Both the position numbers and the translations under genes were made by a program. Under the pieces are notes generated by a model, which searched no databases, had not been told where the DNA came from, and saw nothing but the letters and a program-made list of their open reading frames with translations. This document shows positions 33,336 through 41,110 of a stretch of 42,489 nucleotides of DNA, piece after piece (position 1 is the stretch's first letter; the number at the start of each line of letters is the position of its first letter). Source of the DNA: a virus (lineage: Duplodnaviria; Caudoviricetes). The DNA lies in IMG/VR virus record IMGVR_UViG_3300037602_000024, positions 1 through 42,489 of that record. One strand, written 5' to 3'.

Positions 33336-34994
33336 ATGAAGGTAACCATTCAAGGCGATAGGGCCATAGTCCACACGCGCGCCACACCCGTGGCCATCTC
33401 CGCTCTCCCGCGTATAGAGGGCCAGCGCCGCTGGCTATCCACAGGCTGGCTGTCTATTCCGGCCACAGACCACAATCTGAATGTCATCCGGGAAACATTC
33501 GGCGCTTTGGACATTGACGATCCGAACGCGGCCACGTCGATCGCGGATGAATTCGACATCGGGGAGACCGCCTACAAGCCGAAGACGAAGGCGGACCCGC
33601 ATCAGGCCGCGGCTCTCTTGAAGATGGCTGGGAAGGACCATTTCGGCCTGTTCATGGAGGCGGGCACCGGGAAGACCAAGTTGGCGATCGATAAGTGCGG
33701 AGAGCACTGGGCGCGCGGGAAGATCACGGGCGTTATCGTCGTAACGAAGAAGGGCGTTCATGAACAGTGGATCGAAGACGCCCTTCCGGAGCACTGCGGG
33801 TGCGATTGGTTCGGCGCGCACTGGCCTGCAAAAAAAGTGGATTATGAGCGGCTGTGCGTTCCGGGCGGAGCGTTGAAGTGGTTCTCCATCAGCTTTGACT
33901 CTTTCAAGAACAAGGCCGCGCGAGACGCCGCCATGGCCTTTATCAAGGCCCATTCTCGGAAGGTGGCGATCATAGTTGACGAAAGCCATGAGATCAAAAA
34001 TCCGAATTCCGCCCGCCACAAGGCGCTGGAAGCCGCCAAGCGATTTATTCCGGACCAGCCGCGGATGATCCTGACCGGAACGCCGATCGCGACCGATCTT
34101 GTGGACGAATGGGCCCAGCTGAAGTGGCTCGATGAAAGGATCATCGGCATTCGCTACGTGACGACGTTCCGCGCGGAATTCTGCATAATGGGCGGCTGGG
34201 AAGGCAAGCAAGTCGTCGGGCAGAAGAACGTGGAGGAATACAAGCGCCGGGTTGACCCATATATCTTCAGCGTCAAGATGACTGATCTGGGATATCTCCC
34301 TCCGGAATATGACCGCTGGCATTTCGATCTGCTCCCTGAGCAAAAAGAGCTTATGCGAGATATGCGGGACGATCTTGAGCAGAGGATCGAAGATGGCGAG
34401 CTTCGGAACGTCCAGGAGATAGCCCACGTCATCAATCGGATCAATCAGGTGGCGCGTGGCTATGTGATGAACGAAGACGCGGACGGCTCTTACTCGCTGG
34501 TCGTGCCGATTGAGAAAAATCCGCGGATCGCCGCCCTAAGATCGTGGATGGAGGCGATCCAGCCGCCCGCGATCATTTGGGCCCGTTGGAAGCCGGATCA
34601 GGACTTGATAATGAAGGCGTTCGAAGGCGCGGGAATTCCTTTCGCGCAATACATCGGGCGCACAAAGGATCGCGAAAATCAGAAGAACGCCTTCATCGAG
34701 CGGAAGGTTGATTGGCTTGTCGCCAACCAGCAGACTGCCGGGACAGGGCTGGACGGGCTGCAGGACGTATGCCGCCGCGCGCTCTATTACAGCAACTCAA
34801 ACAATGCCGTTGAACGGTGGCAGAGCGAAGGGCGCATCAATCGCCGCGGGATGACCGGGCGCGCGCTGTTTACCGATCTGGTGGCGAAGGGCTCGAATGA
34901 CTCAAGCATCCTGGCCAATCACCGGAGGAAGAAGAATTTGAGCGATCTGATCCGGAGCGATCTGAAAGCAACCTTGAGGGAGATTGGAGAATGA
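33336..34994 (+). CDS. SNF2-like (SF2) DNA helicase
   Basis: AGGAGG RBS and ATG 33336; EAGTGKT, IVDESH, LTGTP, GTGLDGLQ, QSEGRINR motifs. Confidence 0.9.
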   Translation: MKVTIQGDRAIVHTRATPVAISALPRIEGQRRWLSTGWLSIPATDHNLNVIRETFGALDIDDPNAATSIADEFDIGETAYKPKTKADPHQAAALLKMAGKDHFGLFMEAGTGKTKLAIDKCGEHWARGKITGVIVVTKKGVHEQWIEDALPEHCGCDWFGAHWPAKKVDYERLCVPGGALKWFSISFDSFKNKAARDAAMAFIKAHSRKVAIIVDESHEIKNPNSARHKALEAAKRFIPDQPRMILTGTPIATDLVDEWAQLKWLDERIIGIRYVTTFRAEFCIMGGWEGKQVVGQKNVEEYKRRVDPYIFSVKMTDLGYLPPEYDRWHFDLLPEQKELMRDMRDDLEQRIEDGELRNVQEIAHVINRINQVARGYVMNEDADGSYSLVVPIEKNPRIAALRSWMEAIQPPAIIWARWKPDQDLIMKAFEGAGIPFAQYIGRTKDRENQKNAFIERKVDWLVANQQTAGTGLDGLQDVCRRALYYSNSNNAVERWQSEGRINRRGMTGRALFTDLVAKGSNDSSILANHRRKKNLSDLIRSDLKATLREIGE

Positions 34995-35272
34995 GAAAGA
35001 CTGTTTCGCTTTCCGCCTCAGAGCGGTCGCTCTATGAGCATCTTCTGCGGGAAAGCCCGCGTGAAGTCGATGTGGAGGAATTGGCGCACGTTCTTTACGG
35101 CAAGAAGGGGATTGTGCGTCCTAAGAATTGGCGAGCCAGCACGATGCAGATTGCCCGGACGCTCGCGCTGAAGTCTTCCTTCATGCCAATATCGATCCAT
35201 CGGACTTCCGGCTTGGGCCGCGGATCGATCGCGAAATACCAGGCCATCAAGAACGGAGAACCATACAAATGA
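34991..35272 (+). CDS. Probable winged-helix DNA-binding protein
   Basis: LSASERSLYEHL...VDVEELAHVLYG; basic; ATGA overlap. Confidence 0.55.
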   Translation: MRKTVSLSASERSLYEHLLRESPREVDVEELAHVLYGKKGIVRPKNWRASTMQIARTLALKSSFMPISIHRTSGLGRGSIAKYQAIKNGEPYK

Positions 35273-35481
35273 ACGGATGCGGTTTGTGCGAATTTCTCGC
35301 GTATGTCTGCGTGGTTGCATTCTCCCTGGGCGTTTCGCTCCTTCTCTGGTGCCTGTTCGCGCGCGTCGCGATCGCCGTGAAAGAGCATTATGGCCTTGGA
35401 GAGCCGGAGCCGAATGTGAAGGCTTGGGGCGCGTGGCCCGCCTTCAAGATGCCCGTTAGCAAAAAGGAGTGGAAGCGATGA
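35269..35481 (+). CDS. Small membrane protein
   Basis: ATGA overlap; hydrophobic FLAYVCVVAFSLGVSLLLWCLF segment. Confidence 0.55.
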   Translation: MNGCGLCEFLAYVCVVAFSLGVSLLLWCLFARVAIAVKEHYGLGEPEPNVKAWGAWPAFKMPVSKKEWKR

Positions 35482-35672
35482 GCGATGATGCTGTAACCGT
35501 CCCGCGCGAACTGTTGACGTTGGTTCTGGCCGCGGCTGTTCGCGCGCAAGAAGATCGGCATTTTTATGGGTGGGGCGCTGGTCTCCCCGGCGTTTCAGCG
35601 AAGGCAAAAATGGAACTTGCCCGCATCGCAGAACTCCGCCGGGCGGCGGGGATGGAGGAAGATCATGGATGA
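35478..35672 (+). CDS. Small hypothetical protein
   Basis: ATGA overlap; AAGGAG upstream. Confidence 0.55.
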   Translation: MSDDAVTVPRELLTLVLAAAVRAQEDRHFYGWGAGLPGVSAKAKMELARIAELRRAAGMEEDHG

Positions 35673-35910
35673 CCGCACGAAGATCGCCGCGCAACTCTGC
35701 GCGGACGGCGCGCGGATCAAGGCGCTGGAGGCGGTCGCTGCAGCGGCTTCCGCAACTGCCATCATCATCAAAAACTCCCGCGGCGTTTGGGAGTGTGATT
35801 TCGCCGTGAATGACGTGACCTGCGAGTATGAGGGCGAACGGGTGCCGTGGTCAAATTTTGGCTGCGTTGCCGAGTTGCTGGCAGCGTTAGAGGCGGTGGA
35901 GGGTGGGTGA
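35665..35910 (+). CDS. Small hypothetical protein
   Basis: GGAGG RBS before ATG 35665. Confidence 0.6.
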   Translation: MDDRTKIAAQLCADGARIKALEAVAAAASATAIIIKNSRGVWECDFAVNDVTCEYEGERVPWSNFGCVAELLAALEAVEGG

Positions 35911-36120
35911 TGCTGCAACTCGCCTTTGTCCACCAAGCAAGCCGCAAGCGCTAAAGCGCCCGCGCCCTGACCGCGAGCAAAGGAATGGGGGCGGGATGAC
36001 GGACCGCCAGCGGATCGATGGCCCACTTCCCCGCTGGCGGTCCTGCGGCGCTGCCTCCTTACCGCGCATGATTGGGGGCAGCGCCGTTCTCGAAAAGCGT
36101 TAGCTCGTGATCCAATTCGT

Positions 36121-36432
36121 TCAACTTGTCGGCGGCTCTCTTTCGTTCCTCGACAAGTTGTTCGCAGGCGGATGCAAGTTGCTTCGCGTGGCTCGGACTA
36201 AAGCGATGTGCTTCTCCAAGCTTTCCGATTGCCGCCGGTAATCCGACTGCAAGTCTTGGATCACGCTGACGGACAGACTGAACAGTAGATCGTCCAATCT
36301 GTTCGCCCTTCGTTGTGCCATATACGCCACGAAGCATGCGGCGCCAAAACAGAGGGATAGAAAAATGCACGCGGTGGACTCCTGGGCTAGTCGCGAAAGG
36401 ACCAGATCGGTTATGTTTTCTAACACTCTCAC
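36121..36432 (-). CDS. Single-TM membrane protein, possible holin/spanin-type lysis component
   Basis: CIFLSLCFGAACFVAYMA TM segment followed by a helical tail; last gene of the late arm. Confidence 0.5.
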   Translation of the reverse strand: MRVLENITDLVLSRLAQESTACIFLSLCFGAACFVAYMAQRRANRLDDLLFSLSVSVIQDLQSDYRRQSESLEKHIALVRATRSNLHPPANNLSRNEREPPTS

Positions 36433-36470
36433 CCGCCTTCATTTTGTGTTTTGCTTTCGGTTGCGCGTTG

Positions 36471-36884
36471 TTACTGCTGCGCGAGCGCGGCTTGGATTGC
36501 CTCCAGGAGCGTGGCGAACGCGCCCGGCCCCAGGGACTGCGCCGTTTCCGCTTCGATCGCAGCAATGGCTTGCGCGGCGATCAGCAACGCCTCCGCCTGC
36601 TTCGATCCGGAAGACTTCGCCACCTGATAATGCCAGACGACGCGCCCGCCGTCCGGGGAGCTATATTCAATCTTGAGGTCAACATCGTCGTCGTCCTTTC
36701 CGCTGGCGGCCATCGCCTGGAGCGGGACGCCGGGATTGTTCGGGTCGAATGTGACGCTGAACGTGTTCTGTCCGGCTGGGTTGGAAAGCCGCTCCCCAGT
36801 AACGTCTGCGCCGATGTCGTCCGTGTCCACACTCTGGCACGCGCCAAGCAGGCCAGCAATCGCAAGAATAACCAAGCGCTTCAT
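36471..36884 (-). CDS. Lipoprotein
   Basis: MKRLVILAIAGLLGA-C signal peptide II lipobox; ATGA overlap with the upstream small ORF. Confidence 0.8.
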   Translation of the reverse strand: MKRLVILAIAGLLGACQSVDTDDIGADVTGERLSNPAGQNTFSVTFDPNNPGVPLQAMAASGKDDDDVDLKIEYSSPDGGRVVWHYQVAKSSGSKQAEALLIAAQAIAAIEAETAQSLGPGAFATLLEAIQAALAQQ

Positions 36885-37009
36885 TGTTCAGTCTCCATCA
36901 GGAAGTTAAGGGCATATTCCAGACCGATGTCGTAGCCAGCCGCCTTAGCGATCGCGGCCAGGACGATCGCGGCCAGTAGTGTTTGCGCGGCCAATTTCCG
37001 TTTATTCAT
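36881..37009 (-). CDS. Small membrane protein (42 aa), holin-like
   Basis: AGGAGG RBS; MNKRKLAAQTLLAAIVLAAIAKAAGYDIGLEYALNFLMETEQ; below the ORF-track cutoff. Confidence 0.6.
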   Translation of the reverse strand: MNKRKLAAQTLLAAIVLAAIAKAAGYDIGLEYALNFLMETEQ

Positions 37010-37018
37010 CTGCGCCTC

Positions 37019-39913
37019 CTACGCCTTGCTAAACGATACGACGATGGCTATTGGGCGGTAGCACGGCCTGAACCACGACACGGTGAAATCGCCAGTTGGC
37101 CCCGTCGTGTCCGGGTAATAATAGCCGAAATATGCCGACGAAAGCGGCCCAAGGGAAACGCTGCCCGCAGCGACTTCCCCGTCCATCGCGGGCGTCGGTG
37201 TCCATGCCTGATTGGGCTGGCGATCCGCGGAGAAGAGCAGGACAACACTTTCGTCCGTTGTATCCGTTCCAGCGATGCCCGTCCAGGGGTTCCCGTCATT
37301 CTGGAGCGTGCCGCTGAGGCCCGGCGTGCCGTCCCGCTGATCGACGTTCTTCAGGACAACCAGGATGCCCTGGCCGTGGCTGAACACTGGCGGTGAGGCG
37401 TCCAGGTGTAGGGTAGGCGACGGCTCATTGGCCCCGGCCACCTTCCACCACAGGAAGCCCTCCGTGGCGTACTGGCCGGAAGTCGATTGGATCGGTCCCA
37501 CCGCGTTCCAGCTAGTGTCCTGATCGTCTTCCCCGAACCAAGTGCCCGCGCCGTTGGTCGCCTGATCGATGCCCGCGAAGAACACCAGCACGTCGCCCGG
37601 CTCATGAATAGGCAGCGCCGCCAATGTATCCGTTTCGTTGATTAGGTAGGTGGCGTGCATGATGTAGGAGGCGTTCCCGCCCGCGCCCGGCACGCCGGAA
37701 AGGAAGTTAACTTCTTCCACCGGCAGACCGTTATATGTTGTAACGGCAGGATCGGAAATCAACACCATGCCGCGGATCGCGTCACCATTGTATTGCCCCG
37801 TCGCATCGACCAAACGTGCCGCGTTGATCGCCTGCAAGTCCTGGAGCCCCAGACCGCGCGGATTATCGTCCAAGCCGCCAAGGAGCGTCAGGCCGTGGTT
37901 CCATGCCCCGTTCGATCCAGCCGGGAAGCTGATATCAGCATAGGCCAGCGTGCCGGTGACGCCGATCGCGCGGAAGGCTTCGTTGGCGTCGATAGTAAGT
38001 TGCCGCGTCCATGGCGCATACTGGTCCATTTCTGGATGGTTGTAGACTGAAAGCCCGCCTTCGTAGGCGTGGAACATCAACGGCTCCGCCTTGTACGGCT
38101 GGAACACCGCCCGCGCGTAGCTGACGCTCGTGTTGATCCGCGCCACGTATTCTTCCAGACTCTGGCGCACGCTCGCCTCAACCTGAACAACGTCCGTCCA
38201 GTCGGAAACGGGGAGCGATGGATTGGCGTCACCGTAGTAGGTGCCGAAAGACCAGCACTTGATCGGGTTTGTGGCTGGGTTCAGCCATTCGGCCAGCAGG
38301 GCATCCTCCAGATCGTCCGGCGCGCTATCCACCCAAGGCTCAACCTGGATATAGGCCTGGAGGCTGGGCACATAGCCGGGCTGCTCCTCCGCGACCCAGA
38401 TCACCTTCGACATATCCCCGCCGAAGTTTGTGCGCATCCGGTCGTAAAGGATCATGTCCTGGCGCGCTTTCCAGACGCGCCCGATGTTGGAAGAAGTGCC
38501 GTAAATGGTTCCGGTGCCCCATTTAGCAACGCCTTGGTCTATGAACCAATCGGCGCTGTTCTGCCCGCTTTCAAAAAAGATTTCGTTGCCCAGCGCGATC
38601 GCCATTTCTTCAATGTCGCCCGCGTCCAACGCCGCTTTCGCGTGCGCGCAGAATGCATCGAACGCCGCCAGCGAGATATTCGGGTGCAGGTTGATCCACG
38701 GGCGCAAGTTCCAGTACGCCGCCGCGTCGATAATTGCCTCATAAGGCATAGCGTGTTCGGTCGGCACGTAGAGATAAGGCGTGCCGGCAGGAGAGCCGAT
38801 GGAGCCGGACGTGCTGGCGATGATTTCGCCGGTCCCGTCGAAAGTTCCCACCACGTCGTCAATATTTATGTAGCCGGCGCCTTGGTTCAATTCCTCCACC
38901 GTGGCCGACGCGCCGCTGCTGGCCTGCGTGATCGTCTCACCAACGGTTACTGTCGGGAAGTTTTGGCCTTGCGGCAGCGGTATGCGCCAGCGGTTGTTCA
39001 GTATATCGAATGGATCAGTGAAGCTCTCGTGCCAGGAAAGGTTCTGTGTGCTCCAGGCGTTCGCGGGGAAGGTGCTGTGATCGCGGTTGGCCTTCGTCCC
39101 CTTCATCGGACGCCACCAGACCGGGCGGTTGTCGATAGCTAGCGGGTAATAGAAGCCCTCGACCAGATCGCGGTTCAAATGCGCCGTTCCGTTACTGGCA
39201 ACATAGTCGGCAAGGTAGCGCTCATTCACCAAAGCAATCTCGGTGCCCTTGTCCACTAAGCTCTTTATGTGGACGCGGATATAGCCGGAGGAAGCCAGCG
39301 GCGGGATCGTTATTTCATATTGCGTCTTTGTCGTGCGGCCATCCAGAACTACGTTGCTTGCGTATGTCCTATTGATCCACCCGCCGCCGATGTCAACCTG
39401 AATAACGTCTATGGTAAAAGCGCCATCCGTGATAAAGTAGAATTTTCCGGAATAAGGCCCGGTGGACATATCCGGCCAACGAAGGCTGTCAATTAGAATA
39501 TAGCCGCTGCCCGGCGTAGTATCCGGCCAGCCGTTTCCATCCACCGTTCCACCGTTGACGCCGCGAACGACTTGCGCTTGGCGCAGTATATTGTCGATGT
39601 GATATCCGGGATTATTCCCTTGGTGCGGCCAATGGTTGAAGTTCATGCCTAATTCGTAGGCGGGCAACGGATCGCCTCCGGACTGAACAGCGACGCCCTT
39701 CACGCCCGGCCCTGGGGGCCACGTGTTGACGTTCCGCACACCAATCACAGGAACGTCGTTGTGATTGCCGGTAGTCCCCGCGGGAAGGATCGCCCCGCCC
39801 AAGACAGGCTCGCCATTATAAAGCGTTTGGCCTCCGCCCCCTCCACCAGTCACAGGCCGATTGCCGAAGGGAGAGCGCGGACCAGCCATGGATGAGTGGA
39901 ATGGGTTCCGCAT
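37019..39913 (-). CDS. Large virion fibre/spike with a glycoside-hydrolase-like TIM-barrel domain
   Basis: N-terminal AGPRSPFG.R...GGGGGG peptide; PWINL, ALGNEIF and HAYEGG resemble clan GH-A acid/base and nucleophile motifs; C-terminal beta domain. Confidence 0.65.
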   Translation of the reverse strand: MRNPFHSSMAGPRSPFGNRPVTGGGGGGQTLYNGEPVLGGAILPAGTTGNHNDVPVIGVRNVNTWPPGPGVKGVAVQSGGDPLPAYELGMNFNHWPHQGNNPGYHIDNILRQAQVVRGVNGGTVDGNGWPDTTPGSGYILIDSLRWPDMSTGPYSGKFYFITDGAFTIDVIQVDIGGGWINRTYASNVVLDGRTTKTQYEITIPPLASSGYIRVHIKSLVDKGTEIALVNERYLADYVASNGTAHLNRDLVEGFYYPLAIDNRPVWWRPMKGTKANRDHSTFPANAWSTQNLSWHESFTDPFDILNNRWRIPLPQGQNFPTVTVGETITQASSGASATVEELNQGAGYINIDDVVGTFDGTGEIIASTSGSIGSPAGTPYLYVPTEHAMPYEAIIDAAAYWNLRPWINLHPNISLAAFDAFCAHAKAALDAGDIEEMAIALGNEIFFESGQNSADWFIDQGVAKWGTGTIYGTSSNIGRVWKARQDMILYDRMRTNFGGDMSKVIWVAEEQPGYVPSLQAYIQVEPWVDSAPDDLEDALLAEWLNPATNPIKCWSFGTYYGDANPSLPVSDWTDVVQVEASVRQSLEEYVARINTSVSYARAVFQPYKAEPLMFHAYEGGLSVYNHPEMDQYAPWTRQLTIDANEAFRAIGVTGTLAYADISFPAGSNGAWNHGLTLLGGLDDNPRGLGLQDLQAINAARLVDATGQYNGDAIRGMVLISDPAVTTYNGLPVEEVNFLSGVPGAGGNASYIMHATYLINETDTLAALPIHEPGDVLVFFAGIDQATNGAGTWFGEDDQDTSWNAVGPIQSTSGQYATEGFLWWKVAGANEPSPTLHLDASPPVFSHGQGILVVLKNVDQRDGTPGLSGTLQNDGNPWTGIAGTDTTDESVVLLFSADRQPNQAWTPTPAMDGEVAAGSVSLGPLSSAYFGYYYPDTTGPTGDFTVSWFRPCYRPIAIVVSFSKA

Positions 39914-39915
39914 TG

Positions 39916-40626
39916 TTACGCCCTAAATGCGATCGTCCAGCCGTAGCTGAGCGCGGTTCCGCTAGCGGTAACGCTCAGCACGCCGGTGCTTCCCGCCGCA
40001 GCCTGGAGAAACGAGAATAGCGCCAGCCCGGCTGTGCCGTTTGTGGCTTCATGGATTTCGGTGTACGTCGCGCTGCTGTATGTGTTCGATGTGTACTGGC
40101 CCACCGCGAACAGGATAAGAGCATTTGAAACCGTCGTTGTAACTGCTGGCGCTGAACAGGTTGCGCCGAAGCCCGCGACCGCCGCAGGAGCGGCCACAGC
40201 GTCCACCGCGGACGCTCCGCGAACGATGCCCACAGACACCGCGAACGGGTTGAACGGGACGCTGCACGTGACGTCAAACGTCGTTATGCCCGGAATGTCG
40301 CCCGGCTGCACTTGGTAGTAGAAAGCGCCCATGGCGTAGTTACTGAGTGTGGCAATCTGCCCCACCTTTGTTCCGACGCTCATGGAGTGAACAACGGTCG
40401 CAGGAGAGCCGCCGTTGTTCCGGTTCGCAGTTGAAACAACGACAAAATCCCCGGACTGTGCGTTGGCGGGGATAGTAACAGAAACGGCGTTCGGGTCGCC
40501 ATTGACGCCCGCTACGATATCCGTCAGCACGGATGGCGGACCGCCTCCGCCGCCAGCTATGAGGCGCGGACCGAATGGCGAGGAAATCCCCGCCAAAGGC
40601 GATCGGACGCCAGACCAGTTAGGCAT
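39916..40626 (-). CDS. Head fibre-like virion protein
   Basis: MPNWSGVRSPLAGISSPFGPR...GGGGG N-terminus, then a Thr/Ala/Gly-rich beta domain. Confidence 0.65.
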   Translation of the reverse strand: MPNWSGVRSPLAGISSPFGPRLIAGGGGGPPSVLTDIVAGVNGDPNAVSVTIPANAQSGDFVVVSTANRNNGGSPATVVHSMSVGTKVGQIATLSNYAMGAFYYQVQPGDIPGITTFDVTCSVPFNPFAVSVGIVRGASAVDAVAAPAAVAGFGATCSAPAVTTTVSNALILFAVGQYTSNTYSSATYTEIHEATNGTAGLALFSFLQAAAGSTGVLSVTASGTALSYGWTIAFRA

Positions 40627-40897
40627 GGCTCACGCTAACTGCGCCATCAACTGCGGAATAGAAGAACAGCCGGACGAAGCCCGCGCCCGGCCACATCTTA
40701 TCCATTGTGCGATCGTCGCCTTGGCCGGAAAGGTAGCGGTGAGCCCCGGCGAAGCTGGCCGGAGGCGTTGCGTCGGTGGAGCCCATCGCGTAGATCGGTG
40801 CTTTCCCCATATTCATGAAAGACTGATCGCCAGTGATGTCGGTTGTTCCCGCGGGCGTCCAGGTCTTGGCTGGAAGGGTTACTGTTGTAGTAGTCAT
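40619..40897 (-). CDS. Head spike base-like protein (GTA head-spike type)
   Basis: 92 aa, beta-rich; TLPAKTWT...F.N.G...RYLSGQG...WPG...VSHA; directly upstream of the two fibre genes. Confidence 0.55.
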   Translation of the reverse strand: MTTTTVTLPAKTWTPAGTTDITGDQSFMNMGKAPIYAMGSTDATPPASFAGAHRYLSGQGDDRTMDKMWPGAGFVRLFFYSAVDGAVSVSHA

Positions 40898-41110
40898 TTA
40901 AACTTCTCCTGTCTTGCGCTGAGCGGCGTTTGCCTCAAGGTCGTCACCTTTTGCGTTGGTCATCTCGGCGGCTTGTATCTCCGCTGCGCCTAACTGGATA
41001 GCCTCAGCGGTTCTCTTGAACTTAATCGCCTGCTCCAGCGCTGCGCCAGGAATGTTAGCTGCCTCAAGTAATTGGAGAGCCAATGCTGCAAATTCTTTAC
41101 TTTCCATCAT
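40898..41110 (-). CDS. Small helical protein after the tailspike (possible fibre chaperone)
   Basis: TGATG overlap with the tailspike stop. Confidence 0.6.
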   Translation of the reverse strand: MMESKEFAALALQLLEAANIPGAALEQAIKFKRTAEAIQLGAAEIQAAEMTNAKGDDLEANAAQRKTGEV

